DNA of 64,000 bases from the human T2T-CHM13v2.0 reference genome, Homo sapiens. The notes under the pieces were generated by a model. That model saw only the letters and a list, made by a program, of their open reading frames with translations. It ran no database searches and had not been told where the DNA came from. The translations under genes and the position numbers were made by a program. Below, one piece after another: positions 1 to 14,125 of this stretch. Where the stretch lies: assembly GCF_009914755.1 (NCBI RefSeq), contig NC_060943.1. One strand, written 5' to 3'. How positions within the stretch are numbered: the first letter of the stretch is position 1; every line of letters starts with the position of its first letter.

Positions 1-383
1 TAAATTAGATAGATAGATAAAATAATAAATAATGAAATAAAAAAATATATAAAATTAAACCATGAAAGATGACAGGAATGGGAACAAAGACAAGCCTCTA
101 GCCAACATTCTGTGACAAATCCTAGGACTTTGGAGATAACCCTGGAGCAACCCTTGAATGGCAGCCGACTCACCAGGGCATCTTTCTGGACTTCCATGGA
201 TTAAAACACACTCCACCATAGCATCTACTAATGTGACAGTCTTCTCTCTATTTTGGGGGACCAGTAAGTGGAGAGCTGAACATGAACCCTTTTATTCCAG
301 TAGCAGCCTGGCAGGGTAAAAGCAAATTGGTCTTGTGATTATTTAGAGAGAGGAATGCTGAAAAAAACATTAGCTAAATCTAA

Positions 384-851
<468 letters not shown>

Positions 852-972
852 TGATTCACCCACCTCGGCCTCCCAAAGTGCTGGGATTACAGGTGTGAGC
901 CACCACACCCGGCCTAGTTGTACTTATTTCATCATGTCCTCCACAGCCCCCCCGCCCAAAATAATTTGTACT

Positions 973-1004
<32 letters not shown>

Positions 1005-2316
1005 TTTTTGAGATGGAATCTTGCTCTGTCGCCCAGACTGGAGTGCAGTGGTGGTATCTCGGCTCACTGCAATCTCCTCCTCCCAGGTTCAAGCTATCCG
1101 CCTCCTGGGTTCAAGCTATCAGCCTCCCGAGTACCTGGGACTACAGATGTGCGCCACCACACCCAGCTAATTTTTGTATTTTTAGTAGAGATGGGGTTTT
1201 GCCATGTTGGCCAGGCTGGTCTCGAACTCCTGACCTCAGGCAATCCACCCACCTCAGCATCCCAAAGTGCTGGGATTACAGGCGTGAGTCACTGAGCCCA
1301 GCCTAATAATTTGTACTCTTTAAACTTGACAACTCGCCTAGGAGCAGAAAGCTGTTCAGGTTCCCATTTTGCCTGTCCTTGAGAACAGCCTTTACTACAG
1401 CACGTTCAAGCTGAATTCTCCCACTCAAGTTTGCGAAGTCTTTCCTAACAGAATATCCATGCCTAAAATGTTTTCTAAAATAGGGGTAATAAATGCCATA
1501 TATGGGTTGGGGAGCTTCCCAATACCTAGATGTATTAAAGTCCTTTTTATCTGAGTCATTTGTCCTCTATAATCATCAGTGTCAGGCCACTGTTCAGGAT
1601 TTGTTTCTGGATTTCCAGAGATGAAAGTACATTCCACCCTGTAATAGGATTACAGACTATTACTAAGGTAATAATCTTTTTATTTGGGGGGGCAACAAGA
1701 AATGGTGAGCTTGATATGGGACCTCTGGTTTCCACCTATTGCTTGAACATGGGGTTGACCTTGCCCCAGTCCTAATCTCTGAGCTATGGTGGAATCCACT
1801 CCTGGTAGAGTGGGACGATCAAATGAAAGATTGAGTCATCTTCCTATTCTTCCATAGAGGCAGAAGGGAAGGGATGAAACTGCAGTTTAGGCTGTAGTTT
1901 CTACCATAAGGGTACTAATAAAGTCTTAGGTTGTTTGTCTGTTTCTCTTCAGGGTGTTTCTGCCCCCAACAAATTATGCCACATTTGCTCATGGGTGACT
2001 CCTATTGGTCCCTTTCCCTATCTCCCCTTTTCTTTCTGTTGATTTTTCTTTTTTCCCTTTGTTAGCCCTTGTTGGATTACCGAGTTTACCCTGTTCCTGA
2101 GTTTCTAAATTTCTCCAAATCTGCAGTGCTTCTCCCACATCATATACACATTGTCCCACTATAGGACTCGAGAAAGATAGCAAAGGGCCATGCCATTCCT
2201 CTGGTGCACCCTGTAGCATTTTTTAAATCTGGGCAGTACAAACTGCTTTACTGGTCCCATGGAAAGCCACTCCTAGATGGCTTGCCTCCTTCCTCAACCT
2301 CCAAGAAGCCCCAGGG

Positions 2317-3168
2317 TTACAGAATCACCAGGTTCATATGCACACTGTGCAGTAACAGACCAATACACTGAGACAGCAAGATTTGCAGCACAGAAAGAGT
2401 TTAATGATCATGGGGTGACCCAGCAAGCAGATGAGAGGGGCCCTCAAATCCAACTCCTCAAAAAGTTCTGGGCTGGATTTTTTGTTTTTTGGACTAGTCA
2501 ATTGAAGCAGTGGGAATGGAGGAGAAACAAAGACATCTGTAACTGGTTGTGATCAATTAGTTGTAAACACCACTGCACTTGGACCCACACTAGGCTGGGA
2601 TTTTTAAGGGGATTGTGGCATGCAAGAGGCTGAAAAATTGAGGTGGTTGATTGAAGTACAGGCAATGAAATCATCAGGATGTGAAAACTACCTTCTTTGG
2701 TGAGTCAGCTACTACTGGGGTCCTTCAGAGCAGCTGAAGTCAGTAGTTTCACTGTTATGCAGGACCTGAAATAATATCTCAAAGGGAAAAATTAACATTT
2801 TTTAATGTTCAAGTTTTTATCTATAGAGCAGTTAAGGGGAATTATCATCTAGGGTTTACAGGATTCTAGGACGCTAGGCATCAAACAACTATGAAGGGGG
2901 CCAGGCATGGGGGCTCATGCCTGTAATCCCAGTACTTTGGGAGGCTGAGGCAAGCGAATTGCTTGATCCCAGGAGTTTGAGACTATTCTGGGTAACATAG
3001 TGAGACCCCATCTCTATTTCAAAAAAATAAAAAAAAAATTTGGCGGGGGGGTCAGAGAGCAAGCTGACCTAATAATTAATGCTGAATGTGCAGCAAGCTT
3101 TGTTTATTTCAATTTTCTCCCTCCCTCCATCATTGATTAATTTGACAAAATTTAAAGGGATGGCTTCA
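2317..3168 (-). mobile_element. ERV1-class solo LTR (LTR26-like, tentative) containing a Y3 retrocopy and an Alu monomer
   Basis: Reverse complement begins TGAAGCCATCCC and carries an LTR-like body; it interrupts the ERV internal sequence. Confidence 0.5.
2491..2586 (-). pseudogene. Y3 RNA (RNY3-derived) retropseudogene
   Basis: Reverse complement GGTCCAAGTGCAGTGGTGTTTACAACTAATTGATCACAACCAGTTACAGAT...CTTCAATTGACTAG matches hY3; A-rich tail at 2478-2490; flanking repeat GGCTGG(G)ATTTTT. Confidence 0.9.
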
Positions 3169-3300
3169 TCAGCATTTCTTCCGTTGACTGCTAGGACGTC
3201 ATCTCTTCTGGTAAATCTTCAGCAGGCCAAGCATCTCTTATGGGTAGAATGATCTAGTCCATAAGGGAATACCATCACACTGTGTCCCACAATTGGATGA

Positions 3301-4560
<1,260 letters not shown>

Positions 4561-4564
4561 CTTC

Positions 4565-5090
4565 CAGGTATTTATTGAAAGGTTTTGCAACCTCTGATTG
4601 TTCTGCAGCAGTATATTACCTGACAATGAGAGTCCCCTGCATCCTTTCACCCCATGTTGCAGAAGTTGCTGCGCTTTCCCCTTTTGTTTGCATAGTGGGA
4701 CAAGCATGTCAATGATCCTCATCCTCCTCTTCATCAATGACTTCTTTGTCATCAGTCTTCCTCTTCATAAATTGCCAAGGAATCCAAGTTCTCACATCTC
4801 AATCGGGCTTACTTATGATAGTAGCAGCTGTCATAAGTCTGCATCAGCTCCCACAGCTCCAGGCTCCATCAAGCCTGACTCCTTTTTCTTCCCCACAGTC
4901 ATTTCCCAGAAGCCCCCAGCTCTGCTTGCCAGGTGCCTTAGGCTGTACAGCTGCACTGCTGCTGAGTCCAGGCAGCTATCTGTCCCTGCAGCCCCTTCCC
5001 CAACCCATTCCCAGCCCAGCCCCACTCCACCACTGGTATCTCTAGTGTCCCTGACTGCTAGTGCCTCAGCCACCGCCGCCACTGCGATTT
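4565..5090 (-). pseudogene. Possible processed-pseudogene fragment, parent not identified
   Basis: GC-rich 5' end (GGCGGCGGTGGCTGAGG), broken acidic coding-like stretch (IYEEED / DDKEVIDEEEDED), AATAAA at about 4571-4576 on the minus strand. Confidence 0.35.
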
Positions 5091-6419
5091 GGAAGTCTTT
5101 TAATGCAGTTAAATTATCTTAGTTTTTTCTCTCCCAGTTTATATGTACATACAGAAGGAAAGCAGGGATTCTGCTAGTGTCTTATTCACACAGTGAGATT
5201 GTAGATGTTGGTCTGGTGGACGTGATCAGTGGGGGAGAGAAGTAGGTGAATAACCTGCAGGGGGCAGCAGAGCCCAAGACCAGCCTGGAGCCTGCAAAGG
5301 GAAGGAAAATGAGCTCCCTTGGGTGTTTCTGAGCAGCTCCAGGAGTGGATTCTGAGAAGCTGCAGAGCCCTGGAACACAGGAGACCCAAGTGCAGATGCA
5401 TTTGGGGTGGCGGACAGGGGGCATGCAGAGGGGGAGGTGTTCTGTCATGTCTGAGGTTGGACCTCAGGAGCCTGGGGCCATTTGGAGGGCAGTGTTTTTG
5501 GTTTTGGCATGCATAGGGTCACTGGGTTCAGGCGGTAATTTGTATATATGAAGAAAATCTGTGAAGGTCAGTGTGCGAGAATTGTTTGGAACATCACCTG
5601 GTGAAAGGGTTTACGAAGTTGACAGTTTATTTAGGTTAGAAGCTTAAACTGACTCCAAGGGATAGTCTCCTGCTGTTGAAAATGAAGTTCTGGAAGGAGG
5701 GAGTGTTCCCATACTGTGAGGAGAGATGGTAGATGTGTGAGGAAGCTTTGTCCATGCCTCATCCCCTACTCCTGTCCCCCTGGAGGACATCTGTCTCTCT
5801 TTCCTGGTCTAGTCGTGCCTGGCCTGGTCTCGGTTCCCCTCCTGCTCTGAGGCAAACAGATCGCCCCAGCAGACACTGAGTCTGGAATTTCCTGCATACA
5901 CTTGTGACCTGATGCAGGAGGAAGGAGCAGAGAAAGCCCATTGAGTGAAGGAGAGGTCAGTGCCCTTTCTAAAGTTCAGGAAAGAGGCCAGGCGCGGCGG
6001 CTCACGTAATCCCAGCACTTTGGGAGGCCGAGGCGGGCGGATCACCTGAGGTCAGGAGTTCGAGACCAGCCTGACTAACATGGTGAAACCCTGTCTCTAC
6101 TAAAAATAACAAAAATTAGCTGGGCGTGGTGGCAGGTGCCTGTAATCCCAGCTACTCAGGAGGCTGAGGCAGGAAAATCGCTTGAACCCGGGAGACAGAG
6201 GTTGCAGTGGGCCGAGATCGCGCCATTGCACCTTCAGCCTGGGCGACAAGAGCGAAACTCCGTCTCAATTAGTTAATCAATCAACCAATCAATCATATAT
6301 ATATATGAAGTTCAAGAAAGTTTGGCGGAAATGCAGATATCCAAGGATCAGGGCACAGGGAGGGAGGTGGGCCTTAAAGAGGAAGTGAATAGAACCAGTC
6401 TGGCTCTGCAGGGCCCCGT

Positions 6420-7090
6420 TATCCCGGGCTTCTGCTGTCACTCAGGGCTCTGAAGGCGAGGCGGGGAGCACGGTCCAATCAGGAGCGCCGGGGCGGGGCC
6501 CTGCCAACTTTTTTCGGGGAAGGAGACGGCTGCAAGCCCGCGGTCTCTTGTTGCTGTGCTAACGACCGTTGGAACCCTCTTTCTGGCTCTTGGAACGCTC
6601 GGCTCTGAGAGGCTCCAGGTTTCTCCGCCAGAGCTCCTGTCGCTCTGTCAGTTGCGCTGTGTTCCTCTCTAGTCACAAGAGCCTTGGGGAAGACAGTTGG
6701 AAGCTCAGACATGGTGAGTGTGTGGGGCCAGGCGTCCTGAGACGGGGGCGAAGGGCTTCTTAGAACCTGCTGGAACCGGCTGTGGCGGGACCCGGGCCTC
6801 CCCGCGGCGACTCCGGGGTCTGTGGGGCTGGGCCGGCAGCCGGGACCCGGGGCATCCTGTCTCGTCCCTTCGCAGCGACCGCGGCCCCGGACCCGGAGCC
6901 CTCTTTGGGCAGCTCCGCGTCTTCAGCCGCGGGTCTCCTCAGATTGTGCTGGGCCATGAGGAGGATCATGGGGGGAATCCCGTCTCGGGTGTAGGGTTCT
7001 TGCGTCAGAAAAGCGGTGGTCTGTGGAGTCCCCAGTCGTCTTTTCTCCTCTTAAAAGTTAAAATGGCCGGGCGCGGTGGCTCACCTGAGG
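6420..7090 (+). promoter_or_regulatory. ZNF788P: CpG-island promoter of ZNF788P (CCAAT at 6475-6479, GC box GGGGCGGGG)
   Basis: CpG-rich; CCAAT + GC box upstream of exon 1; homologous to the ZNF20 promoter. Confidence 0.85.
6711..6713 (+). pseudogene. ZNF788P: ZNF788P exon 1 start codon (ATG|GTGAGT)
   Basis: ATG followed directly by a consensus donor, the same layout as ZNF20 exon 1. Confidence 0.8.
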
Positions 7091-7093
7091 TCA

Positions 7094-7396
<303 letters not shown>

Positions 7397-8569
7397 TTAC
7401 CAGAAACATTTGGAAATATTGCAGTTGAGTTGGATTTCAGTGCCCTTAGGTAGGACCTTAGTGCACTACACACACTTCAGTCTGTTTACTTGTTTAAATT
7501 TTTTCACGCTGTCCACATGGACTGGTTTCTCCCTCCATTTTCCAAATCTGTGGGATACAGGGTCTCACACCCTCCCCGCTATGACCCCAGCCTAACTCTT
7601 TAAAGGCTTGCGGTAGCATCTTACATTTTCAGTTCCCTTCCCACATTTCCAAACATTAACTCCTCTTCTCCAATTCACAGTATTTTCAACTATTTGTACT
7701 TTTTTTTTTTTTTAAAGATGGAGTCTCACTCTGTCACCCAGGCTGGAGTGCAATGGTGTGATCTCGGTCGCCGCAACCTCCGCCTTCCGGGTTCAAGCGA
7801 TTCTCTTGCTTCAGCCTCCCAGAGTAGCTGGGATTAAAGGCGTCCACCACTATGCCCGGTTAATTTTTGTATTTTTAGTAGAGACAGGGTTTCACCAGGT
7901 TGGCCAGGCTGGTCTCAAACTCCTGACCCCAAGTGATCCACCCGCCTCGGCTTCCCAAAGTGCTGGGATTACAGGCGGGAGCCAGCGTGTCCGGCCTATT
8001 TGTTCTTTATTGTACAATATATTCATCCTTTCCTTCAAATAGATGAAGTATTTTAATGGTGTTTTTTTTTTTTTAACAGAGAAATATGATTCCACAGGAC
8101 AATGAAAACCCACCCCAACAGGGTGAAGCAAATCAAAATGTATGTGGGGTACACAGTGCAGTGGGGAATGACACAATACAGTGTTGATGAGAAACTGTCA
8201 TTGAGCACATCAGTGAGCAGGATAGCAGTGGGGTTTTGACAACACAAATGTCATATACCCACCAGTTTTGTTTTTGGTTTTGTTTGTTTTTGGTTTTGTT
8301 TTGAGACAGGATTTCGCTCTTGTTGCCCAGGCTGGAGTACAGTGGCTCGATCTCGGCCCACAGCTGCCTCTGCTTCCTGGGTTCAAGCAATTCTTCTGCC
8401 TCAGCCTCCTGAGTAGCTGTGGTTACAGGTGCGCGCTACCATTGCCAGCTGATTTTTGTATTTTTAGTAGAGATGGGGTTTCACCATGTTGGCCGGGCTT
8501 GTTTCGAACTCTTGACCTCAGATGCTCCACCTGCCTTGGCCTCCCAGAGTGCTGGAATTACAGGTGTGA

Positions 8570-8821
<252 letters not shown>

Positions 8822-9335
8822 TGAACTCCCGACCTCAGGTGATCTACCCGCCTTGACCTCCCAAAGTGCTGGGATTACAGGCGCGAACCACTGCGCCCAG
8901 TCTATACCTGCCAGTCTTACACAGAAGAGTTTCACTGCCCTAAAAATCCTTTGTGCTTTGTGTAGCCATCACACTCCCCTCCCTCTCTTCCACTAACCCC
9001 TTAATCCCTGGCACAACCGATGATTTTATTGCCTTTAGAGTTTTGCCTTGTCCAGAATGTCATGTACTTGGAATCATGTTGTAAGTAGCCATTTCGGCCT
9101 GTTTGTTTCACGTAAAAATACGCATTTAAAGTATCTTTGTGTCTATGTGGCTTGATAACAGATTTATTATTTCTTTATTTTACAAAATTTTAAAGAGATG
9201 GGGTCTCACTATGTTGCCCAATGTGGTTGGCGGATCACGAAGTCAGAAGTTCGAGACCAGCCTGGCCAACATAGTGAAACCCCGTCTCTATAAAAATACA
9301 AAAAAATTAGCTGGGCATGGTGGCAGGCACCTCTA

Positions 9336-9530
<195 letters not shown>

Positions 9531-9549
9531 TCAGCACTTTGGGATTTAC

Positions 9550-10325
9550 CCTATACCTATTTGGGCACACAAATCCTGTAACTGGGGGTAACCCCCTTAG
9601 GGAGTGAGGAGAATCATGGAAGTTAGGAGTGGTCATTTATTACATATGTGGATAATAATAATGTTTTGTGTATATTAGGTTAAATAGTATAAACATTGTA
9701 ATTGCTAGATTTACATAAATTGATAGGTTAGGATTGTGAAAGAAGGATTAGATGTTAAAATTGTGATTATTCAATTTGTTGTGAGCAATTGCCAAATAGG
9801 CCAAGATATTTCACAGCTGTGTTTGGTTAAGGTCCCCTTAACCAATCTCCCATAGTGTTGCAATCTCCCATAGTATGTTTAAGTCTGTTGATGAGTAGAC
9901 TTGAAATAAAATGGAGATCAGTGCTAGTTTTTGTCATGTAAGTAGAATTACACTTGATATTAGTGAGACCCCTTGCATTACTTCAGAAGTGAAAGGGGGA
10001 TAGTCCTAATTTTATCACCAGTGCTGTGATAATTATAAGGGATGCTATTTGGTTTAGGGCTTTTGTGATTGTTCATTGTCTGGAGTATATCATATTGTTG
10101 ATGATAGCTACTAGGATCTACTAGTATTAGAGATGCAGTTGCTTATGTAAGGAAATACTTTGGTGGTGGCTTCTGTGGAGCAGGCACTTTTTCAGTTAGA
10201 ATGGGGATAATGGCTAGCATATATCTAACCTCATTCAGATTAGGAGCCAGTGTAAGTCCATTATTATAATCAGAGTCTCTGTGAAAATAATATAAAGAGA
10301 ATAGTGAGGAGATGTAGGGGATGAA
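9550..10325 (-). pseudogene. NUMT: MT-ND2 fragment
   Basis: Reverse complement encodes ND2-like motifs (SLGGLPP.TGF, KYFLT) and abuts a tRNA-Met remnant. Confidence 0.8.
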
Positions 10326-10327
10326 TT

Positions 10328-10530
10328 TGAATAGGAAGGATATAAACATTTTCAAGGTATGGGCTGGGTAGCTTATTTAGCTTACCCTACTGTAGGATAT
10401 GGTGTCCTAGGTACCATGGAGAATCTGGAATTCTCAGGAGTGGGTTCAGTTCCTACAGTTCTAGTAATAAGAGGGTTTAAACCTCTATAATTTATTATAT
10501 TAAAGTAACCATTCTATCATACATATTTTT
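10328..10530. pseudogene. NUMT: mt-tRNA Met (-), Gln (+) and Ile (-) remnants
   Basis: Reverse complement AGTAGGGTAAGCTAAATAAGCTAC (Met); TAGGAT...GGAGAAT..GGAATTCTCAGG..TGGGTTC (Gln); Ile-like sequence; mitochondrial IQM order. Confidence 0.85.
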
Positions 10531-10632
10531 TATGTTTGTGGTGGGATACTAGATATTAGGATGGGCATTGAGATATATGCACAGGACTCATGTCTGGGGT
10601 AAACAGTTTTTTCACAGAAGATGCTTAAGTTG
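10531..10632 (-). pseudogene. NUMT: MT-ND1 3' end
   Basis: Translates to ...YISMPILISSIPPQT, the ND1 C-terminus. Confidence 0.85.
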
Positions 10633-11992
10633 GGCATTTGGTCGGTGGGGACCCACGCGGGTTCAACATGCATATCGAGAAGTGTTATTTCTGTTTGGGG
10701 CCCATCTACCCTGGCCATGGCATTATGTTCTTCTGCAACAATTGCAAGGTGTTCAGATTTTGTAAATCTAAATGTCATAAAAACTTTAAAAAGAAGTGCA
10801 ATCCTCACAAGGTTAGGTGGACGAAAGCATTCCAGAAAGCAACTAGTAAAGAGCTTACAGTGGACAATTCATTTGAATTTGAAAAACATAGAAATGAACT
10901 TATCAAATATCAGCAAGAGCTATGGAATAAAACTATTGATGCAATGAAGAGAGTTGAAGAGATCAAACAGAAATGGCAAGCTAAATTTATAATGAACGGA
11001 TTGAAGAAAAATAAAGAGCTACAGAAAGTTCAGGATATCAAAGAAGTCAAGCAAAACATCCATCTTATCCTAGCCCCTTTTGCAGGCAAAGAGAAGCAGT
11101 TGGAAGAGAAAATGGTATAGCATTTACAACAGGATGTGGACATGGAAGGTGCTTCTTAAAAATCTCTGTAACCATTTCTTTATGTACATTTGAAAAAGCC
11201 CCTTGGAGAATTAGAACTGCTAAATTCTTAGTTTATTTTTTACATAAGGTCACTCAAATGAAAAGTAATTAAAATATATTTTTCCTACATTACTGTCTAC
11301 AAGACATCAGATATTACGGATGTTAGATTGCATCTCAGTGTTAAATTTTCACTGACAGATGTACTTATGTAAAAATCATGAAAATTCTGCTTATAACTAT
11401 AGAAGTGAATTGTGGATTTAAATGGTTATGCTGTTTGGATAATGGCACGCGGCGCATTTCTGTAATAACTGATGGCAAAAATTCATGGCTAGTGATGTAC
11501 AAAATAAAATATTAGTTAGAGTAAAATAATTCACTTAAAGTTATAGAAGGGGAATACAACAAGGAACTAACAATTGTATGACAGTGTCAAATATTATTTT
11601 GATTTTAGTATTTACTGTTTTGGTTTATTTGCATCTTAGAAGAGCATAATGGCATTGTTTGATGAAGCCTCATTATGCTGGACTGTTTTGACCTGTTTAA
11701 TTGTTCTGATAGGTAGTTGTAGATATTGGGGATGAGAACTGAACAATCTTTGCCTGAAATGGCACTGCTCTCTAGAATTTCCACTTTGGAGAATACTCAG
11801 AACTTGTGATTCCTGGTAGAACAACTTTTTTTCTAGACTAGCAACTATCTAGAAGCAGAGGAATCTCATTGCCTTTTAAAATCTATTATGTGGTTTTCTT
11901 TTAAAAAGCTCTTGTTTTTGGAAAGTAGAATTTAGGGGAAAACATCTGTTCATTATTTGCATGTAAAACCAGTTTAAAAGTAAGAAAAAAAA
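10633..11992 (+). pseudogene. RSL24D1P: RSL24D1 processed pseudogene (ATG 10668; premature TAG 11118-11120; ancestral stop 11157-11159; 3'UTR and A-tail)
   Basis: [18 protein letters not shown]...[13 protein letters not shown] matches RSL24D1; intronless; A-tail; target-site duplication. Confidence 0.95.
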
Positions 11993-12314
<322 letters not shown>

Positions 12315-12377
12315 TGATCTGCCCACCTCGGTCTCCCAAAGTGCTGGGATGACAGGCGTGAGCCACCATGTCCAGCT

Positions 12378-12569
12378 GTAACTTAGAACTATTTAAAGAG
12401 GCAAAGGCATAGGAGAATAAAGGAAGGAAGAAGTAACTCGTGGAATGTTGCGAAAGGAAAAACACGTTTAAGGAAGAGGAACAGGCTATGACTTAATGTT
12501 TGCTTGGACCAGTATAAGCATGCCAGGGCAAGTATTTAGGCTAACTTGTGGGAGTTAAGAATATAAAGT
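12378..12569 (-). mobile_element. ERV1-type LTR (LTR10-like, tentative), portion left of the provirus
   Basis: Continues on the other side of the HML-3 provirus at 18537-18690. Confidence 0.55.
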
Positions 12570-13085
12570 TGCCAAGACCAGCTTGGCTGGGGAGACGCTA
12601 ACCCAGCAGCGCTAGAGGAATTAAAGACACCACACACACCAAAATATAGAGGTGTGAAGGGGGAAATCAGGGGTCTCACAGCCTTCAGAGCTGAGAGTCT
12701 TGAACAGAGATTTATCCACATATTTATTAACAGCAAACCAGTCATTAGCATTGTTTCTATAGATATTAAATTAACTAAAAGTATCCCTTATGGGAAACAA
12801 AGGGATGAGCCGAATTAAAGGAATAGGTTGGGCTAGTTAACTGCAGCAGGAGCATGTCCTTAAGGCACAGATAGCTCATGCTACTATTTGTGGCTTAAGA
12901 ATGCTTTTAAGCGGTTTTCCGCCCTGGGCGGGCCAGGTGTTCCTTGCCCTCATTCTGGTAAACTCACAACCTTCCAGTGTGGGTGTTAGGGCCATTATGA
13001 ACATGTTACAGTGCTGCAGAGATTTTGTTTATGGCCAGTTTTGGGGCCAGTTTATGGCCAGATTTTGGGGGGCCTGCTCCCAACA
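12570..13085 (-). mobile_element. 3' LTR (MER9)
   Basis: TGTTGGGAGCAGGCCCCCCAAAATCTGGCC...GGCA on the minus strand, preceded by a purine tract (reverse complement of 13086-13100). Confidence 0.9.
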
Positions 13086-14125
13086 TGTCCCCTTTCTTTG
13101 ATTTGCAAATCAATAAAAGCAAGGGCAGCTTTGTCACAGTGAGCTACTTCTCGCAGGAGTCAGGATCCACGTCTGCAGACTATACAAGGACAACACAGAT
13201 TAAAAGCACAGTCATCATTGAAATCACAGAACTTCCAAGTGTTTTTATCCATTTTCAGCTCCTTTTAAGCACTCCAGTTCTGGCATTAAGGTCAGCTGTG
13301 CCTGGGATGCTTTAAATATTTGTTCTTTTAATTTTAAATCCTTATATTAAGCTCCTACAATGCACCATATCATTTGAGGTTGAGGTGCCACTATACCGCC
13401 ATGGTTCCAGATAATAGGAACTTTTGCCATACTTCTTATCATTTCTGCCATCTGACCGTTTTGTTCAGATCAGCTGAACATAGTGTGGCCGTGGCATGTA
13501 GACTGAGAGGTGCAGTTTAAGCTAAACATCCCCTTAGGGGACCAATTAATAATGATTCCATAGAAATTGTTGTGCAGCACCTCTGCCTGTTCCGCAATGC
13601 AATCTTCCTAAACAAGTACGTTCATTTTTTCTAACTGGGTCCGATCCTGTTTACAAATAGGTTTTTGAGGGCGGTATGCCTCAATTATAGGAGCAGATTT
13701 ATTACGGTAAATACTGAGATTAGAAAGCATGTGTAACTGTGTCATAGAGTGATTGCATCCAGGCATTATTACCAGTCAAGATTGATAAATATGCCCAGTA
13801 AGTATAATCATTCTCTGTGTCAGCCCTTATTGAAGGAATACTCAAGGTAGTGGTGATAACTGCTGTCATAGCTACCATTAAATTATTCATTGTGACTGGT
13901 TGTCCCGCTTTCCTCAGGTTTTCTTCCGCCATCTGTGACAGCTTCTTGATCTGTCCCCAGGTGGGTGGCTGTGTTCGATGGGTGTTGCTCGTGACAGTTG
14001 GGGTCCTCCTCAGCGTCAGTCTCTACATGGCTGCAACCGGGGAGTCCTTGGGATCCTCTCAGAGTCTCTTCCTCAGCATCTGGCTCATGATAAGGTTTCA
14101 GGTGTCTTGATAGTACCCAAATCGG

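Noticed and set aside
10328-10530. Functional tRNA genes
   Set aside because: Decayed mitochondrial tRNA copies within a NUMT
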